From an uncultured Actinomycetota bacterium (lineage in GTDB: Bacteria > Actinomycetota > Actinomycetes > JACCUZ01), in NCBI GenBank assembly GCA_963807005.1, contig CAWDZK010000006.1:172612-236611 (forward strand): a stretch of 64,000 nt of DNA. The letters run 5' to 3'. Made by a program: the position numbers and the translations under genes. Of this stretch, positions 8,699 through 18,605 are shown piece by piece. The first letter of the stretch is position 1, and each line of letters begins with the position of its first letter. The notes under the pieces were generated by a model. It made no database searches and had not been told where the DNA came from. It saw only the letters and a list, made by a program, of their open reading frames with translations.

Positions 8699-9394
8699 GT
8701 GACGACCGGCAAGGCGGCCCGCCAGCACCCTGGTGAGTCGCGGTACCCCGCGGCGGCGGCCGTCGTCGTCGCCGTCGCGCTCTACGCACTGCTGCCCAGC
8801 GCCCTGCAGATCGGGCCTCGCTTCCTGGTGCCGGTCCTCGAGGCCGCGCTCTTCGTCCCGCTCCTGGTGGGCAACCCGTCCCGGATGACCCGCCAGACGC
8901 GAGCACTGCGCGTCGCGTCCATCGCACTGATCCTGCTCATCGCCGCCACCAACACCGTCGCGCTCGGGTTGCTGGTGGATGAGCTGGTCCACGGCGCGGC
9001 CAAGGGGGGCGGCGCACTGCTGCTCGGCGCGGCCCAGGTCTGGCTCACGAACGTCATCGTGTTCGCCCTGGCGTTCTGGGAGCTCGACCGTGGCGGCCCG
9101 GTGCTGCGGACCCGCGCCCCACGGGCCGACCTCCCCCCGGCGGACTTCAGGTTCCCGCAGGACGAGGACCACGACGCCGTCGACGAGGTCGCGTCCCGGT
9201 CAGCAGCAAGATCCGACTGGGCCCCCGGGTTCTTGGACTACCTCTACGTCTCGACGACGAACTCCTCCGCGTTCAGCCCCACCGACACCATGCCGCTCTC
9301 GCACCGGGTCAAGCTGCTGATGGCGGTCCAGTCCGTCTCCGCACTGATGCTGTCCGTGCTCGTCATCGCCCGCGGGGTCAGCCTGCTGGGCTGA
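8699..9394 (+). CDS. DUF1345-family membrane protein. The start at GTG 8699 is preferred because the tracker ATG at 8651 lies inside a terminator-like hairpin.
   Basis: Several TM helices are predicted, and the acidic C-terminal region has the DUF1345-like segment FLDYLYVSTTNSSAFSPTDTMP. Confidence 0.45.
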   Translation: MTTGKAARQHPGESRYPAAAAVVVAVALYALLPSALQIGPRFLVPVLEAALFVPLLVGNPSRMTRQTRALRVASIALILLIAATNTVALGLLVDELVHGAAKGGGALLLGAAQVWLTNVIVFALAFWELDRGGPVLRTRAPRADLPPADFRFPQDEDHDAVDEVASRSAARSDWAPGFLDYLYVSTTNSSAFSPTDTMPLSHRVKLLMAVQSVSALMLSVLVIARGVSLLG

Positions 9395-9992
9395 CCGGCT
9401 CCGGCGGCCGGCCGTGCACGCTGACCGCGTACCCGGCCCGCGGCTCCCACGGGTCGCCCTCCCAGGTCGACAGCCGGCGCACCGGCCGGAGCCCGGCTGC
9501 CGCGCACCACTCGTCGTACGCCGCGATGTCGAGCACCGCTCCTGCGGGCGGCAGGTGCGCGCGGTCCAGCCCGAAGCCGGCGACCAGCAGACCCCCGGCC
9601 GCGACGTGCGCGGCGACCCGCGCCACCACGACCGGCTCGGTCCCCTCGGCGACGAGCGGGACGATGTTCCCCGCCATCACCACCACGTCGTACGGCGGAT
9701 CGCCGGCTGCCAGCAGGTCGAGGCTCGCCAGGTCGGCCTGCACCCAGCGCAGCCCCGGAGCGCGTTGCCGGGCGACCTCGAGCATCGACGCGTCGAGGTC
9801 GACACCGGTGCAGTCGTAGCCGAGCTCGGCGAGCCGGATGGCGACCCGGCCGGTCCCGCACCCGGCGTCCAGGATCCGCGACCCGGGCGGCACCAGGGCC
9901 GCGCAGAACGCCGCCTCGCCGTGCACGTCGGCGCCCGTGGCCGCTCGCTCGTCGAAGCGCCGGGCGTAGTCGCGTGCACCGGCACCTCCCAT
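9378..9992 (-). CDS. Class I SAM-dependent methyltransferase.
   Basis: Motif I ILDAGCGTGRVAIRLAELG and post-I DLDASMLEV are present. It is divergent from hglS. Confidence 0.65.
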   Translation of the reverse strand: MGGAGARDYARRFDERAATGADVHGEAAFCAALVPPGSRILDAGCGTGRVAIRLAELGYDCTGVDLDASMLEVARQRAPGLRWVQADLASLDLLAAGDPPYDVVVMAGNIVPLVAEGTEPVVVARVAAHVAAGGLLVAGFGLDRAHLPPAGAVLDIAAYDEWCAAAGLRPVRRLSTWEGDPWEPRAGYAVSVHGRPPEPVSPAG

Positions 9993-10027
9993 GGCGTCAC
10001 TCCACCTGGTCACGACAGACTCCCTCC

Positions 10028-11362
10028 ATGACGAGGTACACGGCGACGGGTCTGCGGGCGGAGTTCGCCTGGCGGCTGTCGGCGATGTACGGCGGCGAGG
10101 TTCCGGCCTACACCACGCTCGTCGAGGTCGCCCACCAGGTGAATGCCGAGGTCCTCGAGCGCGAGGGTAGTGCCGCGGAGCGGTTGGGCAGCATCAGCCG
10201 GGTCACCGCCGAGCGGCACGGCGCCATCCGGGTCGGCACGCCCGACGAGCTGGCCCAGGTCGGCCTCCTGTTCGCCGCCATGGGGATGCACCCGGTCGGT
10301 TGCTACGACCTGCGCGACGCCGACCCGGCGCCGCTCCCCGTCGTCTCGACCGCGTTCCGCCCGGTCGACCGCGACGAGCTGGCGGCCAACCCCTTCCGGG
10401 TCTTCACCTCGGTGCTGGTCCCGGAGGACCGTCGCTTCTTCGACGCCGACCTCGAGGGCCGGGTCCGCGCCTTCCTCGACTCGCGCACCCTGTTCCCGCC
10501 CGAGCTGCTCGCCCTCGCCGACCGCGCGGTCTCCGAGGGCGGGCTCGACGAGGCCGCCGGTCACCGGTTCCTCGAGCTGGCGACCGCGGCCTTCGCGCTC
10601 TCACCCGACCCGATCGACCGTGGCTGGTACGACGAGCTGTCCGCGGTGTCGGGTGTCGCTGCCGACATCGCGGGAGTGGCGTCGACGCATGTCAACCACC
10701 TCACGCCCCGGGTGCTCGACATCGACCTGCTCTACGACCGGATGCAGGAGCGCGGGGTGACGATGATCGACGAGGTGCAGGGACCACCCCGGTGGGACGG
10801 CCCGGACGTGCTGCTCCGGCAGACCTCGTTCCGGGCGCTGGCCGAGCCCCGTCCGATGCGCGCCCCGGACGGCACCGTCGCACCCGGTGCGCTCCGGGTC
10901 CGGTTCGGCGAGGTGGAGGCCCGGGGCATCGCCCTGACTCCGGCGGGTCGGGACGTCGTCGACCCGCTGCCCGCCGACCCGCGGGCCTGGTCCGCCGTGG
11001 TGCCCAGGACGGAACGCGAGCTGGCCCGCGCCGGGCTGGCGTGGTTCACCGCCCGGACGACCGACGCCGGCCTGGCCTTCGCCGCGGCCGGCCGGACCGC
11101 GCCGACGGACCGCGACGCCCTGGTCGACGAGGGCTGGGTCGCGCTGGAGCCGGTCGTGTACGAGGACTTCCTCCCGAGGTCGGCGGCCGGCATCTTCCGC
11201 TCCAACCTGACCGCCGACGGGAGCGCGGACCGGTCACGGGAGGGCGTCGTCCGGGACGCCGCCTGGCTGGCCGACGTCCTGCAGCGGGACGTGCACGACC
11301 CGATGGCCCTGTACGCGGCCGAGGTCGAGGCGTCCTGGGCTGCGGTGCGGGCGCAGCTGTGA
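10028..11362 (+). CDS. hglS: 2-oxoadipate dioxygenase/decarboxylase (HglS/YdcJ, DUF1338).
   Basis: The blocks LSAMYGGEVPAYTTLVEV, ERHGAIRVGTPDEL, MGMHPVGCYDL and STAFRP match the conserved YdcJ/HglS family signature as recalled. A lysine-catabolic enzyme is encoded immediately downstream. Confidence 0.6.
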   Translation: MTRYTATGLRAEFAWRLSAMYGGEVPAYTTLVEVAHQVNAEVLEREGSAAERLGSISRVTAERHGAIRVGTPDELAQVGLLFAAMGMHPVGCYDLRDADPAPLPVVSTAFRPVDRDELAANPFRVFTSVLVPEDRRFFDADLEGRVRAFLDSRTLFPPELLALADRAVSEGGLDEAAGHRFLELATAAFALSPDPIDRGWYDELSAVSGVAADIAGVASTHVNHLTPRVLDIDLLYDRMQERGVTMIDEVQGPPRWDGPDVLLRQTSFRALAEPRPMRAPDGTVAPGALRVRFGEVEARGIALTPAGRDVVDPLPADPRAWSAVVPRTERELARAGLAWFTARTTDAGLAFAAAGRTAPTDRDALVDEGWVALEPVVYEDFLPRSAAGIFRSNLTADGSADRSREGVVRDAAWLADVLQRDVHDPMALYAAEVEASWAAVRAQL

Positions 11363-12741
11363 CCCCCGACCTCGCCGCACTGTCGTCCGCCCTGCCCGCA
11401 GAGGCGGTGCTCGGCCCGGACGACGGGCTGGCGTACGGCCGGCCGTGGCGCGGGGACGCCGGCCGGCCGGCCTGGGTGGCACTGCCGGCCGACGTCGAGC
11501 AGCTGCGCGAGGTCGTGCGCTGGGCGGTCCGGCAGCGGGCGCCGTTCGTGGTCCAGGGCGCGAACACCGGCCTGGTCGGCGCCTCGGTCCCGGGCGGCTC
11601 CGGCTCGACCGGAGTACTGAGCACGTCGCGGCTCACCACCCCGGTGCACGTGCACGTCGCCGACCGTGCCGTCACCGCCGGCGCCGGAGTCCTGCTCTCG
11701 TCGGTGGCAGCGGCGGTGACGCCGCACGGGCTGGAGCTGCCGCTCGACCTGTCCTCCGACCCGTCGGTGGGCGGTCTGGTCGCGACCAACGCCGGCGGCG
11801 CCCGGGTGCTCCGGCACGGCGACGTACGCCGGCGGCTGCTGGGCCTGCAGGTGGTGCTCGCCGACGACGACGCAACCGTCGTCGGCGACCTGCGCCCCCT
11901 GCGCAAGAAGAACGACGACCTGCGCCTCGCGGACCTCGCGATCGGCTCGGCCGGCCTGCTCGGCGTCGTGACGGCCGCGACCCTGGAGCTGGCGGAGCTC
12001 CCCGCCGCGCGGGTGACCGCCCTGGTCGTGCCGGCCGGTCCGCTCCTGGACGTGTGCACGTCGCTGGAGCGTTCGCTGGGGTCCGCGCTCGGCGCTCTCG
12101 AGCTGCTGTCCGGCACCGCGCTGCGTCTGACGGTCGACGGGGTGGACGCCGTGGCAGACCCGTTCCCCGGCCGGGAGCCGGCCGAGGTCCTGCTGCTCGA
12201 GGTCGAGGGCGAAGGGGCGCGGGAGCGGCTGCTCGCCGCCCTCGAGGACCTCGGCGACCAGCTCGCGGACGCCGCGCTCATGCCGCGGGAGCGGGCCTGG
12301 GGGCTGCGGCACGCGGTCAGTGAGGCGCTGGCCCGGGCCGGCACGGTTCTCGGTCTCGACGTGGCGGTCCCGCGGTCGGCGCTTCCCGCGGTGCGCGCCG
12401 AGGTCGGAGACGTCGTACGCCGTGAGGCACCCGGTGCGACGCTGGCCGACTTCGGCCATGTGGGCGACGGCGGGCTGCACCTCAACGTCGTGCTCCCGCC
12501 GGGAGTGGACGGGACGACGCTGCGCAGCGCCGTGTACGACGTGGTGCTGCGGCACGGCGGCTCGTTCTCCGCCGAGCACGGTCTCGGCCCCGCCAACGTC
12601 GACCGCTGGCGGCAGCAGGCCGGTCCGGGTGCCCTGGCCGCCCTGGCCGCGGTGAAACGTGCCGTCGACCCGTACGGTCTGCTGGGAACGGAGGCGCTGC
12701 GCGCGGCGCTCACGACATCGACCCCGGAAGGCCTGCGATGA
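11359..12741 (+). CDS. FAD-linked oxidase, probably a D-2-hydroxyglutarate dehydrogenase (GlcD-like), with a GTG start overlapping the hglS stop.
   Basis: A PCMH-type FAD-binding domain (VVQGANTGLVGASVP) sits N-terminally and an FAD-oxidase C-terminal domain (FGHVGDGGLHLNV) follows. The GTGA overlap couples it translationally to hglS. Confidence 0.65.
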   Translation: MTPDLAALSSALPAEAVLGPDDGLAYGRPWRGDAGRPAWVALPADVEQLREVVRWAVRQRAPFVVQGANTGLVGASVPGGSGSTGVLSTSRLTTPVHVHVADRAVTAGAGVLLSSVAAAVTPHGLELPLDLSSDPSVGGLVATNAGGARVLRHGDVRRRLLGLQVVLADDDATVVGDLRPLRKKNDDLRLADLAIGSAGLLGVVTAATLELAELPAARVTALVVPAGPLLDVCTSLERSLGSALGALELLSGTALRLTVDGVDAVADPFPGREPAEVLLLEVEGEGARERLLAALEDLGDQLADAALMPRERAWGLRHAVSEALARAGTVLGLDVAVPRSALPAVRAEVGDVVRREAPGATLADFGHVGDGGLHLNVVLPPGVDGTTLRSAVYDVVLRHGGSFSAEHGLGPANVDRWRQQAGPGALAALAAVKRAVDPYGLLGTEALRAALTTSTPEGLR

Positions 12742-14273
12742 CCAGCACCACGATGCCCACCGCCGACGAGCTGCGTGCGCTCGCCCGTCGCTCGCTGGTC
12801 CGATGCGGTGTCGACGAGTCGCGCCTCGCGGGCGACCACACCTCCCGGACTCCCGTGCTCGGGACCGACCTGGTGCCGGTGGCCTGGTCGTCGCCCGAGG
12901 ACGTCGACCGGGCCGTCGCCGCGGCGCACGAGGCCTTCCTCCAGTGGCGGGTCACCCCCGCTCCGGTCCGCGGCGCGCTGGTGAAGCGGCTCGGCGAGCT
13001 GCTGCGGGAGCACCTCGACGACCTCGCCGACCTGGTCTCGCTGGAGGTCGGGAAGATCCGCTCGGAGGCGCGCGGCGAGGTGCAGGAGATGGTCGACATC
13101 TGCGACTTCGCGGTCGGCTTGTCCCGCCAGCTCTACGGCCGCACCATGCCGTCCGAGCGGCCGGGGCACCGGCTCGCCGAGACCTGGCACCCCCTCGGGG
13201 TCGTCGGCGTCATCTCCGCCTTCAACTTCCCGGTCGCGGTCTGGTCCTGGAACACCGCCGTCGCGCTGGTCTGCGGGGACCCGGTCGTGTGGAAACCGTC
13301 CGAGCTGACCCCGTTGACCGCGCTCGCCTGCACCGCGCTGCTCGACCGGGCGTCGGCAGACGTCGGCGCGCCGGCCGGTCTCGGCCAGCTGGTCCTCGGT
13401 GACGCCTCGGTGGCCGAGCGGCTGGTCGACCACCCGCAGGTACCGCTGGTCAGCGCCACCGGGTCGGTCCGGATGGGACGGGCAGTGGGGCCGCGGGTGG
13501 CCGCACGGTTCGGGCAGAGCCTGCTCGAGCTCGGCGGCAACAACGCCACGGTCGTCACGGCGTCGGCCGACCTCGACCTCGCGGTCCGCGGGATCGTCTT
13601 CGCCGGCGCGGGCACAGCCGGGCAGCGGTGCACCACCCTGCGGCGGCTCGTGGTCCACGAGTCGGTGGCCGACGACCTGCTGGACCGCGTCGTCTCGGCG
13701 TACCGGCGGCTGCCGGTCGGGAACCCGTTCGACAGCGCCACCCTGGTCGGCCCGCTGGTCAACGAGAAGGCGCACGACGCACTGCAGGCCGCCCTCGACG
13801 ACGTGCGCGCCGCCGGCGGCGAGGTGCTCGTCGGCGGTGACCGGGTGCTCGCCGAGGTCGCGCCGGACGCCTACTACGTCGCGCCCGCGGTGGCCCGGTC
13901 CCTGGACCAGGGCGAGGTCGTCCGGCGCGAGACGTTCGCCCCGCTGCTGCACGTGCTGACCTATGCGGACCTGGACGAGGCGATCGCCCTGCAGAACGGC
14001 GTTCCGCAGGGGCTGTCGTCCTCGATCTTCACCGCCGACCAGGTCGAGGCCGAGCGCTTCCTGGCGGCCGACGGTGCCGACTGCGGCATCGTGAACGTCA
14101 ACATCGGCACGTCGGGTGCGGAGATCGGCGGTGCCTTCGGGGGGCAGAAGGAGACCGGCGGCGGGCGCGAGTCCGGGTCGGACTCGTGGAAGGCCTACAT
14201 GCGCCGAGCCACGAACACGGTCAACTACAGCGGTGCACTGCCGCTGGCCCAGGGGGTCGACTTCTCGGTCTGA
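12738..14273 (+). CDS. Aldehyde dehydrogenase of the alpha-aminoadipic semialdehyde / piperideine-6-carboxylate dehydrogenase type (ALDH7-like).
   Basis: The 511-aa protein has ALDH catalytic motifs (ELGGNN, FAGAGTAGQRCT with the catalytic Cys). Its ATGA overlaps the previous gene. Confidence 0.7.
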   Translation: MTSTTMPTADELRALARRSLVRCGVDESRLAGDHTSRTPVLGTDLVPVAWSSPEDVDRAVAAAHEAFLQWRVTPAPVRGALVKRLGELLREHLDDLADLVSLEVGKIRSEARGEVQEMVDICDFAVGLSRQLYGRTMPSERPGHRLAETWHPLGVVGVISAFNFPVAVWSWNTAVALVCGDPVVWKPSELTPLTALACTALLDRASADVGAPAGLGQLVLGDASVAERLVDHPQVPLVSATGSVRMGRAVGPRVAARFGQSLLELGGNNATVVTASADLDLAVRGIVFAGAGTAGQRCTTLRRLVVHESVADDLLDRVVSAYRRLPVGNPFDSATLVGPLVNEKAHDALQAALDDVRAAGGEVLVGGDRVLAEVAPDAYYVAPAVARSLDQGEVVRRETFAPLLHVLTYADLDEAIALQNGVPQGLSSSIFTADQVEAERFLAADGADCGIVNVNIGTSGAEIGGAFGGQKETGGGRESGSDSWKAYMRRATNTVNYSGALPLAQGVDFSV

Positions 14274-14285
14274 CCGGCGACCCGC

Positions 14286-14737
14286 TCAGGATCGGCTGAC
14301 GCCCCGCGAGACCGGTGCCGGCACTCCCGCCTTGAGCAGGCCGATCGGCGGCACGTCGCAGTACGACGCCGCGTAGTCGCCGGCGCGGACCTGGAACCTC
14401 TCGTGCCAGAACCCGGGCATCGGCTCGGTACCGAACCAGGGCCGCCACGCCTCGGCGTGCCGTTCGCCCCGGGTGCGCGCCGCCCGGTCGAGGTGCTCCG
14501 CCGACCGCCAGTACTGCACGGTCACGCCGCGCCGGCCCCCGTGCCGGTGGTGCCCGAGCAGGCCGGTCCGAGCGTCCTTCTCCAGCTCTTCGAGGACCCG
14601 GGCCAGGCGGGCGAGGCGCCGGCGCACACGGCGCGCGGCGATCGGGTCGGTCGGCGAGGCGCCGAGCAGCAGGACCACGAAGGCGCCGTCGACATGAGCG
14701 GTCCAGGGGCCGTCCAGGTCGTTCACGGGGTCTCCCA
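14286..14737 (-). CDS. DUF4188-domain protein with a GTG start.
   Basis: The N-terminus VNDLDGPWTAHVDGAFVVLLLG is typical of this family. An RBS GGAGGTGGGAG lies upstream of GTG 14737, and the longer tracker ORF is an extension. Confidence 0.45.
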
Positions 14738-14975
14738 CCTCCGACCCGTCCGGGCATGTTGGCCCGACGGTAGCCCCGGTCAGGACGGGACCAACAGGTG
14801 CGAAAGGACCGGTTCCCGCCCCTCCCGACCGACCCGGGGGGGTGCTCATCCACTGGATACCGCGAGATGGCGGTAACAGGAGCGTCACGAGTGGGCATCA
14901 GTTCTGCGCGTCAGGGACCAAGGTACCGCGGATCGGCGGTAGTTTCCGCGGCACCCGACACCGAGGGAGTGGAGC

Positions 14976-16739
14976 ATGACGCGAACGACCAGAACGGCCC
15001 GAGGACTGGCCCTGGTGGCCGCCGTGGCACTGTCCGTGGCTGCCTGCGGCGGTGGGAGCGGCGGCGGGGGTACGCCCGGGGCCGCCGGCTCCGGCGAGCC
15101 GGTGGACGGGGGGACGCTGACCTTCCTCACCTTGCAGGACCAGCTCCAGCACCTCGACCCGCAGCGCAACTACACCGGCGAGGACCTGGCGTTCGCCAGC
15201 GGGTACCTGCAGCGCACGCTGACGGCGTACAAGTACAGCCCGGACGGCACGCTGGCGACCGAGCTGACCCCGGACCTCGCCACCGACACCGGGCAGGCCT
15301 CGGACGGCGCGAAGACCTGGACGTTCACGCTCAAGGACGGCGTGACGTTCGAGGACGGCTCGCCGATCACGTGCGCCGACGTGAAGTACGGCGTCTCGCG
15401 CACCTTCGCGACCGACATCATCACCGACGGCCCGACCTACGCGATCTCGATGCTCGACGTCCCCACCGACAAGGACGGGAACTCCGTCTACAAGGGTCCC
15501 TATGCGACCAAGGGCAACGACACCGCCGCCTTCGACAAGGCGGTCGAGTGCACGGACGACAAGACCGTGGTGTTCCACCTGAAGGCGCCGGTCGGCGACT
15601 TCAACTACACCGTCACGCTGCTGTCGTTCAGCCCGGTGCCCAAGGCCTCGGACACCGGCGAGCGGTACGACGACAACCCGGTGTCCAGCGGTCCGTACAA
15701 GATCGAGAGCTACGACAAGGGCAGCCAGCTCACGCTGGTCCGCAACGAGAACTGGTCGAAGGAGACCGACGACTACCGCGGCGCGCACCCGGACAAGATC
15801 GTGGTGAAGTTCGGCCTCGAGACCCAGGTCATCGACCAGCGGCTGATCCAGGACTCGGGTGAGGACCAGAAGGCGCTCACCTTCGGTGACACCATCGACC
15901 CGTCCAACCTGTCGACGGTGTTCGGCTCCGACCGCTTCGCGAGCCGGCGCACGAACGAGCTGGACCCGTTCGTGCGGTACATCGCGGTGAACACCCAGAA
16001 GGTGCCCAACCTGGACCAGCGCAAGGCGATCGCCGTCGCGCTCGACCGGGCGCAGCTGCGCACGGTGGCAGGCGGTGAGTTCGCGGGCGACCTCGCCGAC
16101 GGTGTGGTCAAGCCGAACCTGCCGGCCGACTATGCGCCGTCAGGGATGTGGGACTCGCTGCTGGGCCAGAAGGTGCCGGACACCGGCGACCCGGAGGCGG
16201 CGAAGGCGCTGATCGCGCAGTCCGGTGAGCCGATGAAGACCCTGCAGTACGACTACCCGCAGACCCCGGCCAACGACAAGGGGGCCGCGGCCCTGGTCGG
16301 CTCGCTCGGCAAGGCGGGGATCAAGGTGCGCCCCAACCCGATCGAGGCCGGGCAGTTCTACGGCATCGTCCTCGACCCGGCCAAGGAGGGCGACCTCGTC
16401 CTCGCCGGGTGGGGACCGGACTGGTCGAACGCCTCGACGGTCATCCCGGAGCTGTTCACCCCGACCGGCGGTTTCGACCTCTCGCACGGCAACGACAAGG
16501 CCTTCAACCAGAAGGCGGCCGACGCGAAGGCGATGACGGACCGGGCGGCCCAGGCCGAGGTGTGGAAGGAGCTCAACAAGGAGGCGATGGCCCAGGTGTG
16601 GGTCATCCCCACCAGGTTCGGGCGGGACCAGCGGGTGATCGGCTCCAAGGTGGGGTCGGGCTCGGGCAAGGACGGCCAGATGTACCTCTGGGCGCCCTTC
16701 GGGTCCTGGCCGTACGGCGACCTCTACGTGCGGTCCTGA
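14976..16739 (+). CDS. ABC transporter substrate-binding lipoprotein of family 5 (peptide/nickel/opine type).
   Basis: A signal peptide and lipobox LSVAAC lead into a 587-aa family-5 SBP fold. No permease or ATPase genes are adjacent. Confidence 0.75.
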   Translation: MTRTTRTARGLALVAAVALSVAACGGGSGGGGTPGAAGSGEPVDGGTLTFLTLQDQLQHLDPQRNYTGEDLAFASGYLQRTLTAYKYSPDGTLATELTPDLATDTGQASDGAKTWTFTLKDGVTFEDGSPITCADVKYGVSRTFATDIITDGPTYAISMLDVPTDKDGNSVYKGPYATKGNDTAAFDKAVECTDDKTVVFHLKAPVGDFNYTVTLLSFSPVPKASDTGERYDDNPVSSGPYKIESYDKGSQLTLVRNENWSKETDDYRGAHPDKIVVKFGLETQVIDQRLIQDSGEDQKALTFGDTIDPSNLSTVFGSDRFASRRTNELDPFVRYIAVNTQKVPNLDQRKAIAVALDRAQLRTVAGGEFAGDLADGVVKPNLPADYAPSGMWDSLLGQKVPDTGDPEAAKALIAQSGEPMKTLQYDYPQTPANDKGAAALVGSLGKAGIKVRPNPIEAGQFYGIVLDPAKEGDLVLAGWGPDWSNASTVIPELFTPTGGFDLSHGNDKAFNQKAADAKAMTDRAAQAEVWKELNKEAMAQVWVIPTRFGRDQRVIGSKVGSGSGKDGQMYLWAPFGSWPYGDLYVRS

Positions 16740-16754
16740 CGGCTCGCCCGGTAC

Positions 16755-16822
16755 CCGTCCGCCGCCCTGGCCCGGCGGACGGGCACCGGGGAGGGGCAGG
16801 GGCGTGCCAGCCCCTGCCCCTC
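16755..16822. terminator. Two tandem GC-rich hairpins between convergent genes, acting as a bidirectional intrinsic-terminator-like element.
   Basis: Hairpin 1 pairs CCGTCCGCCG with CGGCGGACGG (16755-16782). Hairpin 2 pairs GAGGGGCAGGGGC with GCCCCTGCCCCTC around a 6-nt loop (16791-16822). Confidence 0.5.
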
Positions 16823-16857
16823 GGTAGGTCGCGGTCGGGGCAGGGTGCGGCGCCGGG

Positions 16858-17349
16858 TCACCAGGGGCCGGTGGTGAGCGAGCCGCGGCCGGCGGGCCCG
16901 GCGCCGCCGCCGTCGCTCACCAGGGCGATCGCCGTGGCGCGCAGCCGGTCCAGCTCGGCCGCCAGGGTGCCGTCGACGTCGTGCCCGGCCCGGGCCAGGA
17001 GCCGCTGCACGGCCCGCCCGGCCGCGGCGGACGTCTTGACCACGTCCTGGGCCGCCGAGGTCGTGCGCAGCAGGTGCGACCGGCCGTCCTGCGGGTGCGG
17101 GATGCGCTCCACCAGGCCGGCCCGGACCAGCTCGTTGATCCGGTTCCGCAGCGTCGTGGACGGGACCCCCATCACCGCCTGCAGGTCCGAGGGGGTGACC
17201 GGCTGGTGCCGGTGCAGCACCATCAGCGTGCCGCTCTGGAACGCGGGGACGCCTCGCCGCTCCAGCTCCTGGTCGAACAGCTGGCTGACCCACGCGTTGG
17301 TGATCGCGAGCTCGAGCGCGAAGGGCAGCCGGGGGCTGCGGGAGGCCAT
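16858..17349 (-). CDS. MarR-family transcriptional regulator.
   Basis: The 163-aa protein has a winged-HTH region (LMVLHRHQPVTPSDLQAVMGVPSTTLRNRINELVRAGLVER). Confidence 0.75.
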   Translation of the reverse strand: MASRSPRLPFALELAITNAWVSQLFDQELERRGVPAFQSGTLMVLHRHQPVTPSDLQAVMGVPSTTLRNRINELVRAGLVERIPHPQDGRSHLLRTTSAAQDVVKTSAAAGRAVQRLLARAGHDVDGTLAAELDRLRATAIALVSDGGGAGPAGRGSLTTGPW

Positions 17350-17393
17350 GCGCCGATGCTACGGGTCGACAACGCGCGGTTCCGGCAGGCCGC

Positions 17394-18605
17394 TCAGCGC
17401 TCGAGCAGCACGGCGACACCCTGGCCGACCCCGATGCACATGGTCGCAACCGCCCGTCGCTGGTCGCGGTGCGCCAGCTCGTGTGCGGCGGTGAGGACCA
17501 GCCGCGCCCCGCTCATGCCGAGCGGGTGACCGAGAGCGATCGCGCCGCCGTTCGGGTTGACGTGCTCGGCGTCGTCGGGCAGACCGAGGTCGCGCAGCAC
17601 CGCGAGGGCCTGGGCGGCGAACGCCTCGTTGAGCTCGACCAGGTCGAGCTCGCCGACCGTGAGGCCGGTGCGCTCCAGCAGCCGCCGGGTCGCCGGGACC
17701 GGTCCGAGTCCCATGACGCGTGGGGGTACGCCGGCGGTGGCGGCGCCGGTGACCCGGGCCAGCGGTGTCAGGCCGTACCGCTCGACCGCGCGGCCGGACG
17801 CGACCAGCAGAGCGGCGGCGCCGTCGTTGATGCCGGAGGAGTTGCCCGCGGTGACGCTGCCACCGTCGCGGAACGCCGCGCGCAGGCCACCCAGTGCCGC
17901 CAGCGTCGTCGGCCGCGGGTGCTCGTCGGTGTCCACCACGGTCCCCTCGCCGCGCCGGGCGGGGACGGTGACCGCGACGATCTCCTCCGCCAGGCGACCC
18001 GAGGCCTGCGCCTTCGCGGTCCGCTCCTGGGACCGCAGGGCGAAGGCGTCCTGGTCGGCGCGGGAGATGCTGCGCTCCTCGGCGACGTTCTCGGCGGTCT
18101 GGCCCATCGAGTCGGTCCCGTAGAGCCGCTCCATCACCGGGTTGACGAACCTCCACCCGAGCGTCGTGTCGTGCATGGTCACGTCGCGGCCGTACGGCGC
18201 CGTGGCCTTGCTCATGACGAACGGTGCCCGGCTCATGCTCTCGACGCCGCCCGCGACCACGAGGTCGGCCTCACCGGCCCGCACCGCACGTGCGGCGATC
18301 GCGACCGCGTCGGCGCCCGAGCCGCACAGTCGGTTCACCGTGCTGCCGGACACCGTGTCGGGCAGGCCGGCCAGCAGCAGGGCCATCCTGGCGACGTTGC
18401 GGTTGTCCTCGCCCGCCTGGTTGGCGCAGCCGAGGACGACGTCGTCGACGGCGGACCAGTCGACCGAGGGCAGCCGGTGCGTCAGCTCCCGCAGGACGTG
18501 GGCGGCGAGGTCGTCGGGCCGGACGGCCGCCAGTGCGCCGCCGTACCGCCCGACGGGGGTGCGCACCCCGTCGACGAGGAACGCCTCGCCCGGTGAGGTG
18601 GTCAT
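17394..18605 (-). CDS. paaJ: Thiolase (3-oxoadipyl-CoA / beta-ketoadipyl-CoA thiolase, acetyl-CoA C-acyltransferase).
   Basis: Thiolase active-site regions are present (VNRLCGSG; C-terminal CIGVGQG). It lies in the paa cluster, overlapping paaI by 4 nt. Confidence 0.65.
   Translation of the reverse strand: MTTSPGEAFLVDGVRTPVGRYGGALAAVRPDDLAAHVLRELTHRLPSVDWSAVDDVVLGCANQAGEDNRNVARMALLLAGLPDTVSGSTVNRLCGSGADAVAIAARAVRAGEADLVVAGGVESMSRAPFVMSKATAPYGRDVTMHDTTLGWRFVNPVMERLYGTDSMGQTAENVAEERSISRADQDAFALRSQERTAKAQASGRLAEEIVAVTVPARRGEGTVVDTDEHPRPTTLAALGGLRAAFRDGGSVTAGNSSGINDGAAALLVASGRAVERYGLTPLARVTGAATAGVPPRVMGLGPVPATRRLLERTGLTVGELDLVELNEAFAAQALAVLRDLGLPDDAEHVNPNGGAIALGHPLGMSGARLVLTAAHELAHRDQRRAVATMCIGVGQGVAVLLER

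Noticed and set aside
11046-13952. A 968-aa minus-strand ORF spanning hglS, the oxidase and aldH
   Set aside because: It is opposite three well-supported, translationally coupled plus-strand genes. The translation is Pro/Arg/Ser/Thr-rich low complexity typical of out-of-frame GC-rich sequence.
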